From the NCBI RefSeq assembly GCF_009914755.1, contig NC_060925.1: 64,000 bases of DNA. The stretch is one strand, 5' to 3'. Position 1 is the first letter of the stretch. Each line of letters starts with the position of its first letter. The position numbers and the translations under genes were made by a program. The notes below the pieces were generated by a model. The model was not told where the DNA came from and made no database searches. It worked only from the letters and a program-made list of their open reading frames with translations. The DNA comes from the human T2T-CHM13v2.0 reference genome, Homo sapiens. This document shows, in pieces, positions 47,367 to 64,000 of this stretch.

Positions 47367-47810
47367 CAGCATTCGGCGTATACCTAAGGAGAGTTTTTTC
47401 CCCGAACTGACAGCAACGATTCCAACCACGGCAAGCTGGCTTCCAACTATAACATTTTACTCTCAAAGGTCTCCTTAAATTGGGCTTGTTTTTACTTGTC
47501 CTATTTAATTCCCCACTATTAGCAGGCTTTGGATTTGTGCCTAAGGAATAATATGCAAAAGAACCAAGACAGAATGTATATGAAGAATTGTTTTTAATTT
47601 TGTAAATTAAAAAAAAATTTAGATCGTTACTTGGAAATGGAGCCTAAGTCTGTGGTGGACAGATAATAATTATGTTTTCCTGGGCTGAATTATGTAGACT
47701 TGTGTTTGACAGCTATGGGTTTATTTCTTAGAACATTGTTCATTTTCTTTTCTCATTATGTTACTTCTAGTGTTCACCTCTGTGATTAAAGATTCTTTGG
47801 TGAAATAGAA
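47367..47810 (+). other. TNNI3K: TNNI3K 3'UTR (end approximate)
   Basis: Unique AU-rich sequence after the stop codon with several TGTA motifs. End inferred ~20 nt after ATTAAA at 47785-47790. Confidence 0.75.
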
Positions 47811-47837
47811 AATTGACTTATGAGTGTATTTTATTTC
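47785..47837 (+). terminator. Polyadenylation signal (ATTAAA) with downstream GU/U-rich element
   Basis: ATTAAA at 47785-47790, followed by tgagtgtatttttattt at 47821-47837. Confidence 0.7.
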
Positions 47838-48318
47838 AACAAGACTTCCACTGAGTATATTTTTTTTCCAGCCATATTGGTAAAAACAGTAGCAACTTTT
47901 AGGTCAAGAAGCTTGCAAAAATATAGCACTAATTTAGTCCCCTTTCCATGTCATGCCAAGTGCTCCATGATCTACTTAGGTAACCTGTTGCTCTCAGAAC
48001 AAGAGGTCGTAGATGTATCGGGTCAGTTGTGAAACCAGCCTATGCATGCAAACCTGCCATTTTTTTATACTAGAGTTTTGCACAATGTGGTGGGAGAATA
48101 CCTAAGGTGCCTACTGCCTTCGAGAAATGAGAAATCTGCCCTCCATACTGGTTCCTAGTTGGAAGACAGGAATGGTTCTATGAGACAAAATAGTTTTTCC
48201 ATTGAAAGACAGATGGGAAAAAACAGGGAGGAAACGATAAAAATTGAAGGATAATTGTGTGTTTTGATTTTGGCAAGATAAATAAGGTTAGCAAAGGAAT
48301 CTTGGATATCCTCTAAAT

Positions 48319-48995
48319 CAAGGTTCCTCAACCTTGGCACTGTTGACATTTGTTGAGAGGGTGGGGGGCTGTCCTATGCATTGTAGGATGTTTAGCAGCT
48401 TTGTGGTCTCTACCCGCCAGATGCCAGTAACATCCCCTATGATAGTTAATTTTATGTGTCAACTTGACTGGACCATGGGATGCCCAGATATGTGGTTAAA
48501 CATTCTTTCTGGGTGTGTCTGGGTGTTTTCTTAAGAGATTACCATTTGAACCAGTAGACTGAGAAAGGCAGATAGCCCTTCCCAGTGTGAGTAGCATCAT
48601 CTTATCTATTGAAGGCCTGAATAGAGCAAAAAGGTGCAGGAAGGGAGGATTTGCTCTCTGCCTGACTGCTTGAGCTGGAGCATCCATCTTCTCCTTTCCT
48701 TGGTGCTCCTGGTTCTCAGGATTTCAGACTCAGGTTGGAATGTATACTATTGGTTCTCTAGCTCTCAGGCGTTTGAACTCTACCACTGGCTATGCTGGAT
48801 CTCCCGTTTGTAGAGAGCCGATCATGGGACTTCCCAGCCTCCGTAATTTCATATATCTATATCTATATCTGATTGGTTCTCTTCCTAACAGAGAACCCTA
48901 ATGCACACACTCCCAAGTTATGACAATCAAAAGTGTCTTCAGACATTTCTACATATGCCATGGGGGACAAAATTGCCCCAAGTTGAGACCCACTT
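48319..48995. mobile_element. MER20 (48319-48437, 48906-48995) interrupted by an MLT2 LTR
   Basis: caaggttcctcaaccttggcactgttgacattt...atgccagtaacatcccc resumes as ccaagttatgacaatcaaaagtgtcttcagacatt...gttgagacccact. Confidence 0.8.
48438..48905 (+). mobile_element. MLT2 (ERVL) solo LTR
   Basis: Starts tatgatagttaattttatgtgtcaacttgactgg and ends agagaaccctaatgca. Confidence 0.85.
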
Positions 48996-50760
48996 CTCTA
49001 AATTCAAAGAGGATAACCACAGGCCTAAAGAGCAAACAAGGAATTTAGAGCCTGACTTTGGCTGGCTGCATTTAGGCATACGTGCTTTCTCCTCCTCCTG
49101 AAGTAATGTGGATTCATATATAAATGGAATTGGATAATTGGATAGTAGAAGTGCTGATTGCTCCCTTAGATATCTGTGGCAAGCTCCTCTCTCCTCCACT
49201 TCCCCCTTGCCAGTTAGAAATTATGTTTCTAGAGGGCAATTTCTATCAGAACAGGAACACCACCTTTAAAATCCCTTTGAGCCTCTTTTTATGACTTATG
49301 GTTGCAAAGTCACAAATCCTAGCATGCTCTGATTAGCTTGTGGATAGCCCAGTGTAGGTTCAGAGACAGAAATTAAAAGCAACTTGGTACTTCCAACTAG
49401 ATTTATCCTCTTTTAGCCTCCAGCTTTTTCCATTTCCCTACCCAATTATTCTGGAGTCGCAGGTACTCTATCCCACCAATCAGATTCCCAAAGGACTTTA
49501 TAATAAGCAGGACCGAAGAACCTGAAGTGACTGCTCAGGCATAAACCCTTCTGGCAAAGACAGAGAAGGAGAAAAAGAAGCTGATTAAAGAACACCTGTC
49601 TCCATAGCTTTCCCCCTATTCCTTTGCTCTAGCTACTCTAGGAAATGAACCAGCACTTAGCCTGGGATACTTTGGGGCTTAATCCTTTCATGAGTTGAGT
49701 TGAAAGAAATACCTTAGAGAGTTTTTTTCAAAAGATAGTTTTAACCAAAAGAATCACAGTATACATAATGCCAAATGTGTGTATAGTCAGGGCTGTGGAC
49801 AGTGCTGGGGTAACTCTGGCTGGCTGCATTGAGGCATACCTGCTTAGGTAACCCCAGCCAGGTGCTCTCCCAGGTCATATCCAGAGGGAGGATTGTTTGC
49901 TTCTGAAATGCCCCTCTTTTAGAAAGAGATTTTCTAGAACAGATTCGTCAAGATCTCTTTCTTTGCTTCCTCTAATTAGCCACCTCTTCTCTTCACACTG
50001 CATTTCCTGATGTTGCTGCTTCCCTCTGGCTCTTGTCTTGTCAAATATCTGCAAATAATGAGACTAATGTGTCTTGATTCCTGAGAAGGAGAACCTTTTC
50101 GCAGATTACAACCTGTAGCTCACAAACCCTTTTCATTACTGCACCCTTAATGGGGCCCAGGGATCATCTCAGAGCTTGTATCAAGACCATGGGTTTTATG
50201 AGGTTTTTTTCTTCCTTGCTGAAAAATGTCGCACTAATTGCTTTCTTTTTCTTTCAGAAAAAATGAACTTCTAAGATTATGTTTTTGCATGCTTAGCACA
50301 TTAAATTTCTTTCTACGTGCATGCAGCACTGAGCTCACTCCGAAGATGTTCAATTAACTGTAATTGTAAGCCAAATTATAGCAGCACCAGGAAAGAGTTA
50401 TTCCAACAGAGTGATTATTTGGGTTAAATTATTTCCAAAGCTGACATTTCCCTAGGAAAGAGAAAAAATGGGTGCTTGTGGTGGGAGAAATGGCTAATGC
50501 TAGACAGTCCATCTAAAATGAAGTGTCTGATTTCTCTCTCTGTTTCTTTCTCTGTCTCTCTCTCTTTTTTTATTTTTCCTTTCCCTTTCCTCCCTCCTTC
50601 CCTATTTTATTTATTTGTTCTCCCTTTCTTTAACAATAAGCAGTGGCTTTGGAGTCACTCAGACCTGTCATAGTAGTTGTGTGACCTTGGGCAAGTCACT
50701 CAACCACTCTGAGCTCCAGTTTATTATCTGTAAGGTGATTGTAATAAAATGTAACTTTTT

Positions 50761-51055
50761 GGCCCGGTGTGGTGGCAATCTCAGTACTTTAGGAGGCCGA
50801 GGCAGGCAGATTACTTGAGCCCAAGAGTTTGAGACCAGCCAGAGCAACATGGTAAAACCCTGTATCTACTAAAATTACATTAAAAAAAATTAGCTGGATG
50901 TGGTCGTGCACACCTGTGGTACCAGCTACTCAGGAAGCTGAGGTAGGAGAATCACCTGAGCCTGGGAGGTCAAGGCTGTGATTGTATGACTGCTCTCCAA
51001 CCTAGATGACAGAGTGAGACCCTGTCTCAAAAACAAACAAACAAACAAACAAAAA
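50761..51055 (+). mobile_element. AluJ
   Basis: ttgagcccaagagtttgagaccagc...ggtcaaggctg...gagaccctgtctcaaaaac; inserted in a MIR. Confidence 0.88.
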
Positions 51056-51130
51056 TTTATCTTGTAGATTTGCTGTAAGGGTTTCAAATGATGTAAAGTA
51101 TGTACTATGGTTCCCAAAACGCCATAGCAA

Positions 51131-51430
51131 TTTTCTTTCTTTTTTTTTGAGTTGGAGTCTCGCTCTGTCACCTGGGCTGGAGTGTAGTGGCGCAATCTCA
51201 GCTCACTGCAACCTCCACCTCCCGGACTCAATCAATCCTCCAGCCTCAGCCTCCCTAGTAGCTGGGACTACAGGCATGCACCACCACACCCAGCTAATTT
51301 TTGTATTTTTTGTAGAGACAGGATTTTGCCATGTTGCCCAGGCCGGTCTTGAATTCCTGGGCTCAAGAGATCTGCCTGCCTTGGCCTCCCAAAGTGCTGG
51401 GACTACAGGCCCAAGCCACCAGACCTGACC
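51131..51430 (-). mobile_element. AluJ
   Basis: Poly-T tail, gttgcccaggccggtcttgaattcctgggctcaag. Confidence 0.88.
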
Positions 51431-53393
51431 AGCATATGTTGTTGTTTGTGTTATTGTTATATGACCATGCATCCAAAGAACTATATTATAAAAGGAGAGC
51501 ATGAAAATAGTGAAGATTTTTTTCTCCATTGTAAAAATAACTATCAATGTCCCTAAAAACCTCATCTTTGCAAACAGCAAGTTGGAGAGCCTACACCTCT
51601 GAGGCAGTTTGAGCCAAGATCCAGCAGACCTTAGACAGCAATGCCTTGTTTATCCTAAAATTAAATTAGAAGACAAATCAAATCCTTTCAGCCAAATACA
51701 AGAACCAGAAAGGATTCCCCAAGCAAGGGGGATGCTAAGTGAAAATAGAAAGAGTATACACTTGTTGAGCACTATTATGTGGCAAAAATGGTTTAAAATT
51801 ACTTAAAATATAGTATTTGGCCTAATTTTCTGCATAGCCCTGGGAAGAGGGGATTATTATTATTATTATTATTATTCAAGTGGAGAATCAGAGAAGGAAA
51901 GTAATGAATCCAATCTCGCATAGAGTAGAGGCAGGTTTCAAACAACTTTTTTCTTGCACTCATGTCCATGATTTGTTCATTACACAATACAGCCTCCACT
52001 GTGAGGGAGGAAAAGATAGAAAAATAGCACATACTCACAATCCAGAATTGTGATAAAAATGAACAACTCTGCAGTTCTACAGTCCTGAGGAAAATTTGGA
52101 AACTATCACAGGAGAAGTTTCAGGAGCCAGAAAAACCTTTTCCTGATTGCTACAGCTTATTATTGCAAAGTAAAACCAAAAAAATAATAATCATTATTTT
52201 CCCTGTTGTAATTATGGAAGAGAAGGAGCTGGAATAATCTTAAGGCTCAAAAAAAAATGCATTGTTATTTTCTAGGCAGAAAGAACCAAAAATGATTGAC
52301 AGAAACAAGACTCTCACCATGATAAGCAAGAACAAAAAAGTTATAAGGGCAAAGCACAGCAATTAGGGAAGCCAAGGAGTTTCACATTTTCCTTTCCTCA
52401 TTAGCACACTGGGTAGGGAAATTGAGGAGAGAGGGTGTAGCCATTACCAGTAGGATTTGAATACCTTATTTTTTCCTAGTTTTGTTTTGCTTGCAGTTAC
52501 TCAAGCATGCAGACTGAAGAGCTCCCCCTGATCAATTTGCTTCCATATTTCAAGAGCCACAGGGGCAAAGATGAGCCATTTGACATGTGCAATCCCTTCA
52601 CTGGGTATCAGCTCAAGACTCAGCTGCAGCAATAACAGACTGTGGTCCAAGACTGTCAGCTCAATTAGCACCATATGCAAAACATGATGGAGAAGCAAAG
52701 TTCCTCTCTCTCCTTGGACATCCTACTTTTGTGAGGCTAACTAGAAATAAAAAGAGCAGGGGTTGCACATTTCTCCTCAGGCCAGAGATCCAAGGCGGCA
52801 CAGCAGCTGACCCAGTGCCAGGGTGCTAATTAAATTAGGCTTCTTGAATTAAAACACTGCCACGGGGGCCAGGCCCTGCTGATGAGGACATGTCTCCAAA
52901 GCACTCCCAGCCTAGCTTTATGTTTAATTAGTGAGATAAAAAGAATATTATCTCAAGTATCTGTCTTTTAACCAATGGGCTCATACGCAGAAAAAAGTTA
53001 TCTTTACCATCTTTAAAGAAGGTTTTTAAGCGCACTAATTTCACTGACCTCCATCTCTTCTTTTATCTCAACTAATCAGGGAAGGGTAAGATTGAAGCAG
53101 GACCATGATATGCAATAAAAATAATTTGAATGTAGGTTTGCCCTTCAGTTTTTTACTTATAATAATCCATGGTCTGCTTAACACCACTTCAAAAATTAGT
53201 CCACAGTGAAGAATATCAGGCTTGTCTTTAAGACTATTTTTTTTCCTTTCCTGAAACTCAAAATCATCTGAGGAATAAGAATTAATGTTAATATTGAGGG
53301 TACCTTGAGGTGATCAGAATAAAAGTGAATGAACGCCAGATGACACATGTTTGCCCTATACAGTTATGGAACTATAAAAGGTGGAATAGCATA

Positions 53394-53578
53394 GAGCAGT
53401 TCTTAAAATTTAGCCTGCAGCAGGATTTGTAGAGGGCTCATTAAAACACAGGTTGCTGGGCCCACCGCCAGCATTGTGGAATCAGAAGCTCTGGACTGGG
53501 GCCCAAGAAATTGTATTTCTAACAAGTTCCCAAAAGATGCTGATGCTGCTTGTCCTGGAACCATACTTGCAAAGCATG
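53394..53578. mobile_element. MER5A-like element, followed by a MIR to ~53810
   Basis: ggttgctgggcccacc...ggggcccaagaaattgtatttctaacaagttccc. Confidence 0.75.
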
Positions 53579-55064
53579 TGCATAGTTGTCAAGGGCATGA
53601 GCTTTACAGTTGGGCTTGAGTGAATGTCTGGCTCCCCCTATCACTGTGTGACCTGTGCAAACATGGGCAAGTTACTTCATTTCTCTCACCTCAGATTCCT
53701 CATCTGTAAAATGGAGAGAATCATTCTTACCTCAGAGAGAGGATTAAGTGAAATAATGCATGAAAATCACTTATCACAGGGTCAGGCACATGATAAATGT
53801 TCCATAACAATTGGCCATGCTTGATATAACATGACGGAGAGAGGAATCAACCAAGCACTGAGGGCTAATTATTTATTTCCTGGATGCTAAGAAAGCATTA
53901 TGGCTTGAAAAAATTTGAGTGTTTGTAAGATAAGCCCTAAAGTAGGATGCTGCAATGGAGGCTCTACAACAAAAAGAATATGAAAGTAACACAAAAGCAC
54001 AATCTTATCTGGATACAATTATAACTAGATTTGCAATACAGTTAAACAATTGCTAATATCTTTATGGAATATATAGTAGACATCTTTTAGATCCCACCTC
54101 AGATCTTGGCATCACCTATGCCCTTGGCCGTTAAGCCACCCACCATTACCATAACTAACTTCATGTGGACAAAACCGCACCATGTTCACCTAAGGGCAAG
54201 GCAGGTCCCTATTGCCTCTTGCTCTGTTCCCTGGAGCTCTCCTGTTGCCTTGAGGAGAAGTATTCCAGGTCTTCCCAGCCTTGTGGAGACCAAAGCCAGG
54301 AAATAAATTCTTTCCCTTCTCCACAGCACCCCATTGTCCTGAGGCACAGTCATGTTTACGGCCTCAGAAGACAATTCCTTGAGACTGACAATCAGTTGCC
54401 CTGGGTCCCAAACAGCATCTAGCTCAATAACACACTGTAAGATGTGCTCTCCCTCCTCTCCCTTCTCACTCTGACTTTCCTCCTTTCAATCCTACTTTTA
54501 TAGGATTGCATGCCTTAAAAAGTAGCAGTTTCTGAACTTTGGCCTCAGGCTCTACTTTCAGGTGGGACCAAACTAGGATAGACAGTATAGAAAGAAATTT
54601 TCACCATCAGCTCCTCCTTAGTAAGGAGTGGTTTGTGGAATGAAGGAATAAGTGAATTAATGCTCAAATGAGAGTAAGAATGAATCAATAAATGAATGAA
54701 TGGGTTTAGTTGGATGTTAAGATGAGATTATATTTTTAGTCTTGTTTCTTTCAGGCCCTGTGACATCTCCTGTTGTCTCTTTTTTACTGTTTCACAGTCT
54801 CTTACATGTGGCATGTTGTACTCAGCACTGCTGTGCTTCATCAACCCCACTGCAGTCCGGCTATCATCAGCAAAATTAGGGGGTGTTACTAGGAATTTGC
54901 TGCCTTTGCTCTATCTATTTCCATGAAGTTATTTGTTTCCTCTCTCTCCCTCTTTGTTGTAGCTCTTACTCTATTAATCTGCTTACTCACTTTCCTACTT
55001 TATTTGAATATTAATATTTAAACTTCACATTATTAATAGTATTCTTGATTTGCTTGATCCATGT

Positions 55065-55082
55065 CTCCACAAGGTGGCAAGG
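55065..55082 (+). promoter_or_regulatory. Candidate CTCF site
   Basis: CCACAAGGTGGCA at 55067-55079 is close to the CTCF core consensus. Confidence 0.4.
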
Positions 55083-55433
55083 ACTTTTTACCTGTTTTTC
55101 AGGATCTTCTGTTATTTGCCTGAAAATAATTGGATTCCTGGTGTGGTCTGGAGGATACTAACCCCCCAAACAAACTCTGTCTTCATGGTGCTTCTTGTTC
55201 CTTCCTTTTAAGCATACCTCACCACCCTAGAGGACTAATGAGTACAATGATCTGTCATTACTTGTACTTTTAAGTCTTCAATACTCATTAACCTGGGCCT
55301 CATGCATTGTTTTTTACCACTAGTCCAGGAAGAATCAGGAAGCAAACACTCAAGTTTTTCTATAGGAAAAACTGCACCTACCCACCACCTTATAGTTTCT
55401 CCTTAGTTACAGTAATTGCCTGCCGATCCTTCA

Positions 55434-55833
<400 letters not shown>

Positions 55834-56959
55834 ACTGCTGGATTGGAAAGGTACCACGTTAAAGGTATCGATAAATACTAAAATGCAAAGTAATAGCAAC
55901 ACAGGATTGTTATGCTCGGTGGAACCCAACTGTCTAAAAGGTTTTTTTAGCATTCACTTATTCACAAAAAACCTTTCACCTCTTGTTATACTAAGTCAAT
56001 GCATTCTATGGCCAAGTTCAACTGGTCAAATCTAGCAAAGCAAGCACATTTTTAAAAATTTTAGTAATTAAAATAATTGCTAGCTAAGAAAAGACTGTCT
56101 CAGTTAATTGGTGTCCACTGAAGAAACATTAAACTTTAGGGAAAATGCATGTTTAATAGAAGTAATAAGTTATTAATACGAATGGAAATTCTGCATAATG
56201 TAAAATAGTGAGTAGTGGAAACTGTTCAAGTTGCTTGCCTAAGCTAAATTAGTATGTTCCTTTCCCCACCCTGTCCATTAAGCTGTTAATTGATTTATAT
56301 AATACAGCTCAAGAATCACAGAAAGATATCCCCTGTTTGCAATTTTTCCATCAAATGTTACTGCTGTATCAAAAATGATTATTCATAACACAAGCCTTCT
56401 TTGGAATTAATCAGAACCACATTGCACAACAAATAGGAGTGTCTATAAGTGTTTACAAATGTTCTTACTCTGGTTAAAAGATCCTCTTTCATCCCCTCAT
56501 AATTTTAAATAATCTGCCTTAACAGTCATGTTTTCACTTATTTTTATATATTCCATAGAGTTCATTTTTCCTGTGGTGCTAATTTATGGTGTATGTTTGT
56601 AAAGCATGGCATTAATAACTATCCAAATAACACTATTCATTTAAAAGGGGCTATTAGTCATGTCTCCAAGGAGAAGATGATTGGTTTTCTGTACCCTTAT
56701 ATAGCTGCATGTCACCCTGCCAGGTCACTGAGGGATTTCATAACAGAGTACACAACAGGCAAATGAATGTTTGTTATCACTAATTAGAGCTTTGGCCCAC
56801 AATGCCTTTGGAGAACTACAGCAAACTGTATGTGTCACAAAGACTCCTGTTTCTCCATTCTTTTCAGGTCTAGTCAGAGACAGGTACAACATTCTCCTTC
56901 ATGTCTCCCTTCCTCTAGGCCTTACTCTACTCTCTACTTTGATTTTTTAAAAATTTTTA

Positions 56960-57093
56960 CATTATTATTTATTTTTCATTTTTGAGACTGGGATCTCACT
57001 ATCTGGCGTAGGCCAATCTTGAACTCCTGGACTTAAGGGATCTTCCTACCTCAGCCTCCCAAATAGCTAGGATTACCGCCACTGTGCTAGGCC
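56960..57093 (-). mobile_element. FLAM-type Alu monomer
   Basis: gagactgggatctcactat...gaactcctggacttaagggatcttcctacctcagcctccc. Confidence 0.75.
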
Positions 57094-57388
57094 CCCACTT
57101 TGGTTTTTTAGAAAACATTTTTTGTTTTATATAATAATTCACAGGAATTTGCAAGATACTGTACAGAGAGGTGTTGATATTCATCACTCACTTTCCCCAG
57201 ATGGAATATTTTGTGTTAGTATAGCACAGTTCCAAAACCAGGAAATTGACAGTGGTGCAGGCTATGGTTTAAATGTATGTGTCCCTCCAAAATTCATAGG
57301 CTGCAACCTAACCCCTAAGTTGATGGTATTAAGAACTGGGCACCTTGGAAGATGACGTGATTAATGCCCTTTTAAAAGAAGCTTCAGA

Positions 57389-61967
<4,579 letters not shown>

Positions 61968-62147
61968 GAGAGTTTCCTTCTCCCTTCTGTCCCTTCTGCC
62001 ACGTGAGGACACTAAGATGGTGCCACCTATGAGAAATGAGCCCTCACCTGACACGGCATCTGCCAGCAATTTGATCTTGGACTCCCCAGCCTCAAGAACT
62101 GTGAAAAAAAAAATCCCTGTTGTTTATACATGACCAAATCTCAGATA

Positions 62148-62928
62148 CAGTCATGTGCTTCATAGCAATGTTTTGGTCAAAGACTAACTGCATATAGGAT
62201 GGTGATCCCATCAGATTATAATGGAGCTGAAAAATTTCTATTGCCTAGTAATGTGTAATGGTCTTGACTCTGCACAGACCTAGGCTAATGTGTGTGTTTG
62301 TGTCTTAGTTTTTAATGAAAATGTTTAAAAAATAGAAAATTTTTAAAATGAAGAAAGCTTATAGAATAAGTATATAAAGAAATAAAATATTTGTGTACTG
62401 TATACAATGTGTTTATGTTTTAAGCAAAGTGTTATTACAAGAGTCAATAACAAATTAAAATTTTATAAAGTAAAAAATTATAGTAAGGTAATGTTAATTT
62501 ATTGAAGAAAAAGTTTTTAAAATAAATTTAGTGTAGTCTAAAGTTTGCAGTAGGATATAGTAATGTTCTAGGTCTTCACATTGGCTCTCTGACTGACTCA
62601 CCCGAAGCAACTTCCAGTCTTACAAGCTCTATTCATGGTAAGTGCCCTATACACATATGCCAGTTTTTAAAATCTTTCATGCCATATTTTTACTGTATCT
62701 TTGCTAGGTTTAGATACACAAACACTTATCATTGTGTTACAATTGACTACAGTATTCAGTACAGTAACATGCTGCCCAGGTTTGTAGACTAGGAGCAATA
62801 GGCTACACCATATATCTAGCCCAGGCTATAAGGTTTAAGTTTGTGTTAGTACACTTCGATGATCACATAACAAAATTGCTTGACATGTTTCTCAGAATGT
62901 ATCCCTGCCATTAAGCAATGTGTGAGAA
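62148..62928. mobile_element. Tigger3-family DNA transposon
   Basis: ta|cagtcatgtgcttcatagcaatgttttggtcaaagac ... gtatccctgccattaagcaatgtgtga termini. Confidence 0.75.
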
Positions 62929-63196
62929 TGTTTTGTTATAGCAGCATAAACAGACTAAGACAACCCACTTCCCCTAGTAAAGGGTCCTATTGCTTACTGC
63001 TAAGTAGAGGCTCTGAGTCCATCTTATTTTACCAGCTACAGCAGACAAGTTACAAAAGAGTAAAAAAATAAAAATAAAAAAATAGGATTCTCAAAATACT
63101 TAAGTCCTTTGCTTCTCTAAACTTTCATACAATTTAGCTGTTTCCTTGACCCATATATGAACCCTGCCTTGGAGTCGAAATAAGAGAAGAAATACT

Positions 63197-63286
63197 ACTA
63201 ACAAGAGCATTGCAATTTTGAAAGCCACTAAAAAGAATATTACAATGTTAAATGCCAATAACAAGAGCATTGCAATTTTAAAATCT
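63197..63286. repeat. 3 x 30-bp diverged tandem repeat
   Basis: actaacaagagcattgcaattttgaaagcc / actaaaaagaatattacaatgttaaatgcc / aataacaagagcattgcaattttaaaatct. Confidence 0.85.
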
Positions 63287-64000
63287 CTTCACAACCATTT
63301 AAAGACAATTCTGTTAAAACATCATGTAAAAAGCTTCGGTTGTGAAAAAAACTGTCTCAATTGCTAGTATCTTTATAATCAAATTCAAACCTTATTCTTG
63401 GGACCTCATAACTATTTATATATTGGTACCTATGAATATTTGGAAAACATATATGTATTCTCTTACTTTTCAATTAAATGATACAGTTATTTTAAAGATT
63501 GTGTCAAAAGTCTGCCTTTTATAATATAGGGACTCTATACTTTGAAGGGCCTTTCCATTATAACACTAGTAGAGCCCACATAAAACATTTTTTTTTTATT
63601 GCTGAACTTGCAGGAAATAAGGAAACTCATTCTTAAAAAAGTGAGCTTCCAGCAGTGATCTTGGTAAGCACAAAGGAAAATCAAGGTTTCCCTGAGGACA
63701 ATGAAATATTAGTACTAAAGTTGGAGATTAAGCCTTCAGACAAGAAGAAGAAGATTTATTAAAGACTGGCACATTAAACTGGACTCCAAAAAATTATTCA
63801 CAAATTAAGATTAACTGAATACACATGAAAATTAAGAAACAAGCCATCATGAATAAAAGTCAGTGGAAATAACAAACTGCAGAAACAGATCACTAAGAAT
63901 TCCAGATAGTGGAAGAATCCATTTCAGAACAGAAAATAGCTAAGTGTAAAATATTTAAAGACATTTTTTAAATGAAATGACATGAAGTATGAAAACGTAA

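Noticed and set aside
63197-63286. CRISPR-like repeat-spacer-repeat
   Set aside because: The 'spacer' is a diverged copy of the unit; human DNA with no cas genes.

Overview
Human genomic DNA: AT-rich, repeat-dense, and carrying human-specific AluYa5 and L1HS-Ta1 insertions. The window covers the 3' end of the cardiac kinase gene TNNI3K on the + strand, whose exons are shared with the FPGT-TNNI3K readthrough. It holds >43 kb of one long intron, the penultimate coding exon (43625-43704), the terminal exon (CDS 47290-47366, ending ...[25 protein letters not shown]), a ~440-nt 3'UTR with an ATTAAA signal, and ~16 kb of downstream DNA. Neither exon appears in the ORF track, whose entries are essentially repeat-derived or chance ORFs. 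The most notable observations are: (1) a minus-strand TATA/MEF2-like promoter with a short first exon using a MIR-derived donor at ~15.9-16.2 kb, probably the start of the nested antisense gene LRRC53; (2) a candidate poison exon at 17062-17128; (3) an antisense L1HS-Ta1 insertion that supplies a sense-strand AATAAA; (4) a local templated duplication with an internal deletion, fused to an L1PB fragment; (5) a twin-primed L1; and (6) a multi-tier nested transposon stack. No prokaryote-type system (CRISPR, operon, rRNA/tRNA) is supported. Gene and subfamily names come from recall of the sequences, not from database searches.
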